From the NCBI GenBank assembly GCA_011109175.1, contig RDEW01000045.1:45067-109066 (forward strand): a stretch of DNA of 64,000 nucleotides, given 5' to 3'. Source of the DNA: Dicyema japonicum. Lineage: Eukaryota; Animalia; Dicyemida. The notes beneath the pieces are model-generated. The model was not told where the DNA came from, did not search any database, and saw nothing but the letters and a program-made list of their open reading frames with translations. The stretch's first letter is position 1, and every line of letters begins with the position of its first letter. A program made the position numbers and the translations under genes. This document shows positions 50,727-63,231 of the stretch, one piece after another.

Positions 50727-53206
50727 TCACACTTTTCTGGCTCCTACTTTTGAAATCTTCTTAGGCGCCACCTCCACTCCCTTTTTAGTTATCAAATCCA
50801 CGCCAAAGTCCTCATTCCTCACACTCTTCTTCAATTCCATCTCCCACTCCATCCACTCATCAGTAATCGGTTTCTTCAAAGCCAACACATCCTCAATCGG
50901 ATCATTCTTCACTGGAGGCGATTCCTCATATAAGAAGGTAGACTCCTGAGTATTCTAAACCATATAACCAAGGCAAACTATCTCCTCACTACTGATGGAA
51001 TCAATTTCTTTATCCAAGACTTCCTCAACCTTAGTTTCTTCACTTTCAGATTTACGAGGGATTAATCGTTTTGAAAGTGCATTCATTGTCATGGCAACCC
51101 ACTTTCCAGCCATTTGAGACGGGTTCTTGATTTCCTCATTCTTTGGCTTCTCCTCACCAACGTGGGTGGTCTCAGAGGCGGTTTTTAATGACGAAATAAA
51201 GATGTCGATCGTTTTAAAGGCTTGATCTCTCACTTGCTTGACAGGATCCACGGTGCAGCGACAGACAACGGGAAGTACTATCATGGCGATGTTTTGCCGC
51301 GTAAAATACCCCTCAGAACAAGCAAATCCTAAAATCCCTGCTTCTCTAGCACCAGGATAAGTGTCCGCTACCCCACGAGCAAAAAAGGGAATTAATACTT
51401 TTTCTCGCATCTAATTAGGGGAAACTCATACCTTAGAATCCAAATAAGGAGAAATCTTACATACACAAATCACCACGTTGGCTCGGATTCCTCCCTCAAC
51501 GTCGTTCTGCTGAATCTTCCCCAGCTCAACGAGGAGAGTCTTGGAATTGGCGCTATTTAATAGCGGGAAAAAATGTTCGAACGCCTGAATATAAAGATCC
51601 ACAACCTTCACTGTGTTTTCCCTAAGTTGGGGGCACTGTCATGGAAACCACTACAAAGTGTCGAAAAAAGTTCAGAATTAAATAGCTTTTGATCCAATTT
51701 TCCACCAAATTCCTCGGCCATTTGCAGCATTCGACATCTAACCGAACGGTTGGTGAGTTTTAACAAAGTAGTTATGGCTGGAATGACCACAAGTTTGTAG
51801 GCTTCACTAGAATAGGTGGAAGATATCTAAAATATCAGAATCCCTCCACCTTAAAGAACAAAGACAAAAACGAACTGCCTTTTGGAGAAAATTGAATAAA
51901 GTCGAAAAGAGCGGGAAAAATTTTGAATTGACATACTTTAAGCGGGAAATTTATGAAATTTAAGCTCATGTGGTCGAAAAAATCCTTCTTTTCTATATAT
52001 TCCTTAGTCTGGGGATGTTAAAGCAAAATACCATTATTTCACACAAAAATGAGATATTGTCGATATATCTGTTACTTAGAAAGTGGTTTCGTTTTCTGAG
52101 GGCGCCCAACACGTCCCCCACACACTTTCGAGTTTTGGAAGGAAAAAACAGCTCAAAATCTGGCTTCAAATTAGCGGGAAACTTTGGTATAATCATGTTA
52201 AGTACTTTGGACAGATTCTTCAGCTCATTTATATCCGATAACTTCCTTTGGTTGTACAGTTCCCAGATGACGACTCCCAAACAGAATAAATCGATTGAAC
52301 TGGGAATTAGACCAGAACTCACCTGTTAGTGTCTTCCCTCATCATTTGGCGGATAAATTTAGAGTTTTGTGAAATTTTGGAGAGCGATTTATGAGCCTCA
52401 GTGATATGAGTCATAAACTCAAATCCTCCTAACAACCAATCGGCTGATTTGTTGACAAATATGGAGTCGAGGTTAATGTTGTTGTGAGACAGCTTATGTG
52501 TCTCATTCAAAAACATCATTAAATTCTAAATAATGTTTTGACTTTAAAATTGAAAAGTAACCACAAAAATAAACCGCTAAGAAAAATTGGCGCAAAAATA
52601 ATTTAAAGTAATAAAAAACAGACAACAAAAGTACCGGAAAATGCCACCAAAATAATTTATTTAAGAAAATAAAAAAATTTACACCAAAAATACCGAAAAA
52701 TGGCGCCAAAATAATATAAAGTAATAAAAATCCGACAACAAAGGTACCACAAAAATAAAAAAAAATAATTATTAAAAATAATAAAATTCACTGTACCATA
52801 ATTTGATAAACCCCACAAGACACAAAATTGTCAAAATGACTCCTGTCTAGGTCCTCAAGGAAATTCTTAACAGGAAGGACCGGTTCAGTAATGACGTATA
52901 TCTTATTACCATCCTCCATTCCGTCGTTGTAGTTTAGGATTGCCGGATGTCTTAGTGTCTTCATTCGCTGCACGGCAGACTTGGCCATTTCTTTCTGCAA
53001 TAATAACAACGTGGACATATTCGGGGGATAAATCCTGCAATTCGTAAATAAGCATGCAGGCCTCTTCATTATTTGACTAAGTTAATCAGAATTATTACTT
53101 TGTTTATTATTTTGTGAAGCCTAAACATTGAATTACTGGATAGAGCATCCCCCAATTCATACTTGCTCAATATGCTATTCCCTTTTCCGAAAATAGCTGA
53201 CCACAT
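50727..53206 (-). CDS. SCYL1: SCY1-like pseudokinase 1 (N-terminal kinase-like protein); one 1-nt frameshift as written
   Basis: AKSAVQRMKTLRHPAILNY, YVITEPVLP, HNNINLDSIFVNKSADWLLGGFE, IDLFCLGVVIWELYN, VIPAITTLLKLTNRSVRCRML, GIRANVVICVCKI, REKVLIPFFARGVADTYPGAREAGI, VKQVRDQAFKTI. Mostly 22-23 nt introns plus one of about 270 nt. Confidence 0.93.
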
Positions 53207-53639
53207 CAAGATTATTTACCAATTTAAATTTTAAATTATAATAATATTTTACAAAAATATATTCTAATTTTTATTTATCAGTGACAATTTATCCCGAACG
53301 ATCGTAAACATTAATTAATCTTATTGAGATTCTCGAAAAAACAGACTCCCACCTTGCTGCTACAGAAAAGTACCGCCAATTATGTCTGCTCACAGAGAGT
53401 TAGTGAGACTTTTTCAAATATCAAGTTTCCTGAACACTTCATTTGGTAGAAAGTCAGACTACATCTCAAGCCTGCTCACGATACGAGAAGAAACTTTTTT
53501 ATGTGAATTATTCCAGGATTGCAAGACCAACCGCACAAGGAAGCTCAAAAAGGCTACCAGGGTCACTTAATTTGATGACAGCTCATTTCTTTCTTATTCC
53601 TCAGAAGTTAATAAATTAAATAATTTTTTTTCCAAATTT

Positions 53640-53950
53640 TTAAAATCAAATTAACTTTAAATTCATTCCCATTAGAAATTTTGTACAGAAGAGGACTTCT
53701 ACAATAATCAGCTTGAACCCACTTATTTAACTGTGGAATTCCTGAAGTGGAGCACTTGATATGAAAATGCTTATATACGCTGACAATATGTTTATTGATT
53801 TGAACACAAGCAGATCTATCTATATCTTGGAAAAGGATATCGAACCATATTGGGAAAATTGAAAATAGTGATACCATATTGGGAAAAGGTCTTGAAATAT
53901 TTAAAATACCTTTTAAGTGTATGAACCAGAAGAGATCATCAGAGATCATA
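53640..53950 (+). mobile_element. Degenerate non-LTR RT fragment
   Basis: FPLEILYRRGLLQ and MKMLIYADNMF resemble RT domain 4-5 motifs. Confidence 0.4.
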
Positions 53951-54615
53951 TCAATATCAGAAGAAAGCTACACGATGTTAAAATTGCTTCGAGGCTTTCA
54001 TCTGAATCTGGGGACGTTCCTGTGTGTTTGAATCATTCCTGATCTATCTTTATCAAAAATGCTATGAAAGCCTAAAAGGAAACAAATTCGCTGAGCTTTT
54101 AGATAGATCAAGAAGATACGCCATTTGTATATCTCATTTTGTAGTCCTTCTCATCTTCTCGGTCCCTAGTGAGACTTAACTAAGTAGCTAGTTAAATCAG
54201 CGGTTTATCTGCCATACTCTGGTAAACTATTCGACTCAGCATCCGATAGACAAAAGCAGCCGAGAATGTAGCTCTCTAGTCGATTTGTTGTGTTATATCC
54301 ACTCCTTGATAATTTCTAGCGACCTCACACAGAATAAAGATTCTTATACCATTAATAAAAGTTTCGATTTTAATCCAGAAATTGAAGGTGGAGAGCACGT
54401 GAACCAGTCCATCAATGGTATATATGAGAATGAACTTACAGCCAATGACGACAGCAACAGTCACTACGATTAGGCTTATCTATAAGGAACCCACAGAGTT
54501 ACAAATTAGCAATAATTGTAAACAACTAATCACCCATCTTATCAAAAGTCAATAAATTAGTAATGTTAGTCCTACACTGAATTATCAAAATTAAACAAAT
54601 TGAGTAATAAACCAA

Positions 54616-55768
54616 TTAATAATCCCCTTGGTGGTAAAGCATAGAGTCAACATCAGAGATATACGAAGAGGGGATCTCATGGGAAGACGCACTGTTCCCG
54701 TGTTCCCCAACACCAGAATATCCGTATATCAAACCAGAAGAAACCGACTGATTTTTGGATGAACTTTTATTGGAGCTCTTCCCATATTTTATCATATTTT
54801 TCTTATAACGAATTCGTTTGTTCCCAAACCAGTTGGAGACCTGCTAGTCACTACCCACAGTACCTGGGAAATTGTGATCCCACACTTCTTTGATAGTTCA
54901 AGCTTCTTCTCCTCGTCCGGGTAAGGGTTTTCGAGGTTGCTATGGAAATACTCGTTCAAAATATCGGTCGCTTCCTTCTTGAAGTTCCGTCTCTTTCTCC
55001 TAAAATAAAGTATGGCTTAACAACCTAGCATCCATGGACCGGGAACAAGAGATCAGAGCTGCCTCACAGATCTGCTGTTTCAGCTGGATCTCAATTGGAA
55101 GGAAGAATTTTTGGACTTTGTCTACGAACGCGGTTATTTCATCCTTGGATATCGGCCGCACGTGGGTTTGGTCGGTAAGGAGTGACAAAACCGCCCCACA
55201 GAAGCTCTCCCGTCCCTATGATAATATTAAATTAACCCAACCTTCTTGTACTTGTTCAGTTCGCTGTGGTAGATAGACTTGAGCATCTCAAGAAGGGAGA
55301 AGTAGTCCGAATTGTTAACTGGAGGGTCATAAAGCAGGTTCTCGTGGCAGTACTCGGATTCTGAGAGGGTAATGATTCCCTTGGCGAGCAGCATTCCATC
55401 CAGTTTAAGCAATTGGTCAAAAATAGAGTTGGTCTCGACCTCCTTAGTCTCCTCAGTCCTTTCTGGAAAGCCTAGGGGATTAATTGATCGAGTAATTAAG
55501 CTGTCGTATGCCAGCGGGTGCGCGTCAGTTCGAATTGATCGAAAATTACCAATATTTTGTTTCATTTCAATGAAGATTTCGTACAAAATGGACTTGTAGG
55601 GATGTCTGTGGAAGGAATCGTAGCTGTCGTTACTGATTAAAAATACCGTGACTGCCGATCAGAATCACTTACGGTGGAGGAGAGCGAGGACATGACGAGG
55701 TTGACCATGTCATTAAAGGAACTGAATTCTTGGTGTTGTAGCTGATACGACTTTATGTCGGCATCCAT
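54616..55768 (-). CDS. PBX: PBX/extradenticle TALE homeobox transcription factor
   Basis: PBC-A ([29 protein letters not shown]), PBC-B ([37 protein letters not shown]), and homeodomain [62 protein letters not shown]. Introns are 23-25 nt. Confidence 0.97.
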
Positions 55769-56889
55769 TATTTAAAGAAGACACAGTACAAAATTTCCTA
55801 TTTAACTTTCGAAATTTTATTGTTTATAAATTTATTAATATTTTCAGAAATTAATTAATATATATTATTATTTCGATAAAATGAACTGTTAAAGTATAAA
55901 ATCCATTTTAAATATAATAATAAATTTTGTCTTATTTTATCCATTTTAAAGGAATTTGTTTTTTGCCTCTCAAAGTTCAAAATTGTACAAATTCATTTAA
56001 ATCGTAACCATTGCTGAGGTTTTTAAAGAACCAATAAAATGAATTTATTTTTACCTCATTAAATCACACTATTGTACAAATTTAACTGCCATAAAGCTCC
56101 GTTTAGTTAAAAAGTACCTGTATAACCAAAATGATGAGGTATCCAGATCAGTTCAGAGGAAGGGCACCCCGAACGAGTTGCTTTCCAGAAATTCGAAAAC
56201 ACGCTTGTGATCCCTGGCGGACCACTCGAGGTGACTCATGGATTTTCTATAAACTGGAGTGCTTTAATTCGTTTGTTTCTTATCCAAATTATACTATTTC
56301 CTTCTGTGTGAAAGGCCGCGCTCTGTCCTCATACGTGAGGATTACTGATTAATGTCTGCGTGATGAGAAATCCCAGGGAGGAGTTCAGGCTCTTGGGGCA
56401 GGCCTTCAGTATTCAATTGTGTTATAAAAAATCAATATAATATCTTCATCGACTTGATAATTTGTACTTTTATTGGCAGTCTAAACCCACATTAGATTGA
56501 ATGTGCTGATTGTTACTGAGTTAGATTTTCAACTTTAACGGAAGAAGGTTAAGGTCTGTGGTTTTGGTTAATTTTGCAATCAAACAAAATTATTTTTACT
56601 GTGATTTAAACTTACAAAAATGCACTCAATCAGTCATCCTGTTTTCGGCTGATCCTTTTGCTACCACTGATCCGATGGAAGGCTTGGAGATGAACCGTCC
56701 TCCAAGAGACTCGTAAGATACCAACACCATAGTGATTCATCATATGACATTATTGACATTATAATGTCACACCTGTCCATATTCGTTCAATTACAACCTT
56801 GAGTGCCAATCATTTGTTAATACTTTGAGTACATCAAAGAGAATTCGGTAAAAATTTACTGGGACATCTAAAGTCAGAGTAGGGGAAAT

Positions 56890-57250
56890 TAGATCTTTTT
56901 GGACACCAGGCATTGGGCGTCTCCTGATACAAGTGGATAACCTGAAGCCTTAGGATTTGCTGAAGGCACAGAGCGGAATAGAATCCTTCAACTCAGGGAT
57001 ATACTGACTATGCTATCTGGACTATATACACGCAGTATCTCTTAGTTATCCCTCAATAACATGTGGGAGGCCATATGCCAGTCAAGTGGGACTTATCCTT
57101 TCAAAATATCCGCCATTGTAGGAACCCCATTAGAGTAAATAAGAGAAGGATCCTTTTGGACGCCGTTCAGGCATTGGGCTCCTCCTGAGTTGGATCCACT
57201 TCTAGAACTTGAAAAACAAGAGCAGGAAGGAATCTTTCAACCAAGTAGGT
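56890..57250. repeat. Diverged tandem duplication, about 110-bp homologous core, period about 257 bp
   Basis: GATC.TTTTGGAC...CAGGCATTGGGC...CCTGA...GGAT...GAATC.TTCAAC at 56892 and 57149. Confidence 0.7.
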
Positions 57251-57544
57251 ATTGCAGCAAATAATTGGTAAATTTCACCAAAATGACATTGAAATTATAG
57301 TTTTTTGTTTAGAATTACCGAACTAACAGACAAATTTGTCAATTATAACGTCTATGGATAATTAATTTTCCGCTTTGTTGTCACAAGAATGGTTACTCAT
57401 AAAGTGTCAACTTAATAGAGCGGGCTTTTTATTTTCATTTTGTTTTTATCTAGTTTTAATATTAATATTTAAAAAATCATTTATTCTGTATTTAAAGTCT
57501 ATTAATTTCACAAATAGCTTAAGGTTCCTTTGTCGAACAGAGTT

Positions 57545-57730
57545 CTTATAAGAATTATATGAACCCTTCCGCGGACGACCTAGAACGACACTGCCGACTG
57601 CCCTGAACAAATGTCTACACCGTGTGAGAAAAAAGCTAAAGACGGGGGACGGCCTGGACGATCGAGACTACTTGCATTCGACAAAGGAAAAAGGAAGAGA
57701 TTGACGCTAAATATTGCTTCTTTGAGTGTT
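57545..57730 (+). mobile_element. RTE-like LINE 3' fragment
   Basis: PFRGRPRTTLPTALNKCL...KLKTGD. Confidence 0.8.
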
Positions 57731-58174
57731 GCACATGCTGGGCTATAAACATTATGGCTTTCGTGAAAGTGCCTTAATAATAATTAATGAATAAGCATGT
57801 AGAGAAGTAACGGGGTTATACTGAAGAAACTCTAAGAGTATAGTACATGTCACCAGAAACTCTGTTGATTGAGTTGAGTTCATTCCTACTTCCAACCAAC
57901 ATGTGGAGCTGTCATGTGGTAGTTTAAAAGAATCCCATTGGATGCGGTAAGAGAAAGATGACAGACTCGGATGAGGGGATAAGAATAAAATGGCAGTTAA
58001 GAAGAGGGTGGTGTCTGTAGTCGTTTAAAAAACTTAATAAAAGCTAAGAATTCCGACTGTCTAGACATATTATTGATTATAATCCCGACAATATAATCTT
58101 ATCTTTTTATGACCCCATTATCTTATTTTATCTATTTAATAATTTTTAGTCAAAGTACGCGGTCCTACCCAACG

Positions 58175-58330
58175 ATTTTTTGATTGTTCCACTCGCTGTT
58201 GAAACGTCTGGTTCCCTTGAGCCTGCAAAGCTGGAATTCTTGAGTCGTCTAGGAAATAGACTTCTGCACGAACGGGAGATCCCCGTTGCTTGCTATCATG
58301 AGAGGGAATAACTACGCATACAGGACGGGC
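58175..58330 (+). mobile_element. CRE-like RLE fragment
   Basis: IVPLAVETSGSLEPAKLEFLSRLGNRL. Confidence 0.7.
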
Positions 58331-58919
58331 GGTGTATAATATTTTGTTTTTTTTAAATTTTTTTATTAATAAATCAATTTTATTTATAAATTTTTTAGTT
58401 ATTTCATCTGATTCCACGACCTGTTAGTCGGAAGGCTGAGGTGGGGACGTAATCAGGTGATTCCAGGGTTCATCTCATATCGGTGTTTTTTCTTGATCCA
58501 ACAAACTCTCGATAGGTACGTTTTGATTTTTCACGTGAAATACAAGTGGCGCCTGACCTTCTTACAAGGTCCTCGAAAGGGGTTGCCCGTGTCATAACTT
58601 TGGTTATTTCATAAACAGATTGGGTGGCTCTTGATTGAACAATACCATGTTTTGTATTCCGGAAATATCTACTTAATACTGTGATGCAAGGGGAAGATAT
58701 ATTATCACCAAAAATTGTAAGCCTGGGGTTAATAATAATAACTTTTACCTTCCGAGGCAAAAGAAAGTCGATTGGTTAAAATTTCCCCTCCCCAATCGGA
58801 TTTCTCTGCAGAGATGAGAGAATGCTCTATCCTACGACAGTGGGAACAATAGGAGACCACAGACGTTGGATGGCTCTATTGACTGTGGGAACTGGGATTA
58901 CCCAAATGTCTGACGTTTT

Positions 58920-59545
58920 TTTCTGTCTTCCTTTTTCGGATGTTGGCATCGTGTGCACTGAACAAGATGTGGAGTATTTGGACTCGCAGAAAACTTTTTT
59001 CCTTAAATCTTCAGATGCGCTTATATAACGCGTTCATACAACCAGTCCTATTATATAACTCGGGAACATGGGGAACATCAAAAACGGACCTTGACAGACT
59101 AGACACAGTTCATAAAAATCATTTGAGAAAAATTGCGGGAATCAAATGGACACAGATTATCAAAAACGACACTCTCTACAAATTATGTAAATGCAAACCG
59201 ATAAGCAGAGAAGTAATTGCCTCACGCTGCCGACTTTACGGTTCTGAGAATGGACGAAGTGATTCCTTGCAATCAAATTACGGAATTGGATTTCGGGTCG
59301 GCCAAGATGTACGCTTCCCCTTTGCCCGAATAACGATTACAAATTGGCGGTCAACTCAAAACTAGAGACGATCTTGAGGATATTCGTAAACGCGCAAGGA
59401 ACAGAGCTAGATGGAGAGGGCTGACTGGGAGGATAGTCGAGTATACGGTACGAGCGAAACCCTAGGCATTTTACCTGCTTATGGCAACGCGTGAGGGCTA
59501 TTAACTGACTTAATTTTCTTGGTGATCCCGGGATTCTGAATAAAT
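58920..59545 (+). mobile_element. RTE-like LINE 3' part
   Basis: MRLYNAFIQPVLLYNSGTW...HLRKIAGIKW...FRVGQDVRFP; 3' UTR as at 7741-7800. Confidence 0.9.
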
Positions 59546-59554
59546 AACCTTCGC

Positions 59555-60170
59555 CTTATTTATTTAACCCAAGACCACGGTAAAGCAAAACTAATTATTA
59601 CGTGATCCCGATGCATTCTAACAGAGACCTCATCTTTGCCCGGTGTTCTTCCCTCGTGCCCGTACATGAACGTACAGGACGGCTGACTGAATTTTCATGT
59701 CCACATTCTCGTGATCTGATGTCTAGTCTCATAAGGGCCTTCAGAGGCGTAGGTCCGGTTCGATGATCTTCACAAATCCAACGCTCCGTTACTCTGTAAA
59801 CCCTCTTTTGCATTTCTTCAATTTTCCTCATATTTGTTCAAGATATGGACGGTCTTCACGAGGCACATGCATATGAGAAACATGGCTCGATGTACTGTCT
59901 TTACACCTTCATCCGGACCGGGTGAGTACCACTCTTCCATATTCCCGATAAACTTTTCAATACGTTCAGTTTCTTCTCCCATTTCAATAGAATGTTTTCT
60001 ACGTGTAGTGTCAGACAGAGATGCATATCAATTGTCACACCCAACATCCTTTGACATCTGTTGAAAGAGATGCCGACCTTGTTTAACTTAAAGGTGACTC
60101 TCTTCCTCCCCAATCTTTTGTCAGAAGTAAATAGTGACGTAGACGACTTCTCTGCATTCTCTGTCTTCAC
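59555..60170 (-). mobile_element. Family B jockey-like LINE 3' part, tail-to-tail with the RTE copy
   Basis: Closely similar to 11780-12390. Confidence 0.9.
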
Positions 60171-60354
60171 ATTTTCATGCTAATTCAGATTTTTATTTGT
60201 GGTTTTTGCCATTTTTAACCTAGCGATTGCACACAAATATTTCCCTGTCCAACAAAACCAACAACAAATCTTAGAGCCACGAACCCTAACAAAGTAACAA
60301 AAGCTGTCAGGAAAATTATCAATAAAAATATTTTGCACGAAAATAGCCAAGCAT

Positions 60355-61535
60355 TCAGTTATTCTGGTCCCTTTCCTTTCGTAAGTGAATTTTCCGCACT
60401 ATTCTGTCAAAGTGCCACAAATAGCATAGTCCAACCAGTCTTAGAGTCCCCATGAAAATAAACTAAGTAAACAGAAACGGAAAAACCTGAAACAGAACCG
60501 AAAGAACCGAGGAGGACCTAGACATCCCTGCTGTTAAATTAGCCACAAAGAAGCCATCAAGACCTACTGTACTGAAGTACTTCCCCCTTATAGAGTCAGA
60601 AAATATCCCTTCGGCAACAACAGCGGGGGAGAACAGCCCAGCCTCCTTGGAGATAGCAAAACACTCTTCATTCTAAACTAGCTCAACCAATTAAACTTTC
60701 ATGGTGATTTCTGTTTGGTATCCTTCAGTTTCCGTATCGGGGGAAAGGCTATAGTGATTCCGATGTTAAAAGGCTTAATCTACTCTAGCTTTACTCACGT
60801 GGGTAAACCTCCATTGAGAGAGCGTCGGCAAATCCTCTCAGGGCAAACTTACTGGCGGAATAAGCGGTGTATCCATGGAGGCCAAAGAGTCCAGCAATCG
60901 AGGACACAAAAACGAGCCTTCCGTGACGTTCTGACTTCATCGTCGGGAGAACAGCTTGAGTCAGGTTCACTGCCGTAAAGAGGTTTGCGGATATTTGACT
61001 CTGCCGTGACTTTCAAAGTAAACTTGAAAGCAGTCCTCACCTAGGGACTCGAATTGTCCTGGCAAAGCTGCCCCCGCACAGTTAAATACGTAGTCGATTC
61101 TTTTAATGCCCTGAATTAGCAATGTGATTACTTTTTTGGAGAGAAAATCATTGAGGACCGTTTTTATTTCATTAAGATCTCTGCTTAGGTCCAAGGAGAT
61201 GGTGGAAATTGACTAAAGTACAGGAAGATGAGTACCGAAGGGCTTCTCACTATTTTGGCGTAATTTTTGAGGTCGTACTCGGCCTCCCCAAGTTTTCCTG
61301 CTTTGAAAAACAAGGAGTACCGTGTTCCTTGCGATTATGATGATGTCAAATTTATGGAGGACGCAAATGCGGGCGAGGGCCTTTCCAATGCCACTGGAAC
61401 CCCCAGATATCTTAATTTCAGAATACATGGAGATACGATGACATTCTTGTCAGTTCCATTCGATTGCGTCGGCCTCATGAAAATTATTATTGCAATGCAA
61501 AGAAGAATTAAGGCGCAACCCAACAAAACGATCAT
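60355..61535 (-). CDS. KDSR: 3-ketodihydrosphingosine reductase (FVT1/TSC10 SDR family); two 1-nt frameshifts as written
   Basis: N-terminal TM segment, [69 protein letters not shown] (YxxxK), [37 protein letters not shown]. Confidence 0.92.
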
Positions 61536-63231
61536 AATAATTTAAATATTTAAAAATTATTTTTTATTAAATATTTTTGAAAATAATATTAATTTAAAAT
61601 AGTTTAAAAAATTTATTAGTATTTGAATTTATGTGTAAATAAAAGATTTTGTTATTTATATTAGAAAAATTAGCTGCGTGGTGCCATATGGTGCTACGTG
61701 GCTTATTAGTTGAGAATATCTCTTCCTACCCTCTGATGGCGTCATTGGATCAACCTTGCTCAGGAGACGTCTATGGCTGGCCGGCATTCAAGAGGATTAA
61801 GCTATTCATTCCACCAGTAGACAATTTCATTGTTTGCCGACGAGTTCTGGAATTTACCTCAGCTCCTTGAACAACGGTCTTGGAACAATTTTATTTTATT
61901 TATTATTTAAATAACAAACTTTGAGTGGAATGACCTGATCCAGATTTTTCCGGGTCGAGTCTCTCTGTTGTCCACTCCGGTGAAGGTTCCGTGTATCAAA
62001 GATGTTTCTTGAATAATAGTCAAGTGCGGAACCAGATTAGGGACTCACATCTATCAAAGGAGAGGGATGTTAATATTTCTTGGCCCTCTTCAAACTATTA
62101 GTAAGCAAAAATGCTCCTTGAGTTCTGCCTAAGATCAACGGGAAATGTGGTAGACCACATGAAAAGATGTGACGTAACGACGGATTCTGAGATGTATGAT
62201 TGTCAATAAAAATGTGTGAATTATCCTAGATTTTGGCCATTTATCCAACAAAGGTATGCAAATCTGTGTAAGTTATTTATGGTATTTTTCGTCGCTAGCG
62301 AAGTCCACATCTTTCTAATAGGAATACGTCGCACCTCAACCTTCAGACCAATTAAGCAGATATAAGACATCAGACACTCAAAGTGTTGAGCAAAGTAAGT
62401 GTGAGATGGATGTTAGACCCACTCCACTGGAGGGGTTTCCACAGATGCAACTATGGACGTCTTTTACCTTTTATGTTGAAATTATCGTTCATTACGGTAT
62501 ATCTAGTTCCAATGATCGAAGAGAGACACATCATTTCCAAGCGTCATGATCATCCATATCTACCACAGTGAGAATGCTCTTAGTGGTGTAGGGAAGATCC
62601 AAATATTTCCCTGTCCAACAAAACCAACAACAGATCTTAAAGCCACAATCCTAACAAAGTAACCAAAAAAAGCTGTCAGGAAATTTACTGGAGAGGAAGA
62701 GAAACCACATGAGGGGCTACAGTTAAGAAACTCAGATCCCTCACTTTGAGGCATCTAAGAGAATTATTACAAACTTATTGATTGGTGCTGTTAACAATTA
62801 ACAAAGGGTTTTCATGGCTGAACATAACGTTGATGGCATCTCAGCTATCTGTCGTGAGTTCGGTGGAATAGCATGTGATTCGTATGAGGAGATGAGTTGA
62901 CAATTTGCTCTTCAAGGGAAGTGATTCCCAATGATTAGAATAAATAGCCACATAATATTTAAGTTCAGTATCAAGAACGATTTTTGGACCCCTAGTTACC
63001 AAAGGAGAAGAATAAATCTGTCTGATTGTCCAAGTCGATGAGCAGGAATTTAATAATATACCCTCCAACTCCCAATTTCTTGTAAAAATAAATTTGTTGC
63101 TTTGGTAAATTCAAGTCCACTAAAAAAATATTTACGATTTAGGCCGCTTAATCTTGTAACAGTTTAAAACTCGACTTATCCCCAACATAAATCAAAGTAA
63201 AAAAATAAAACAAATTTATAAAATAATAATA

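Noticed and set aside
53608-53949. 113-aa minus-strand ORF as an EF-hand gene
   Set aside because: Better explained as the antisense of a degenerate RT fragment on the plus strand.
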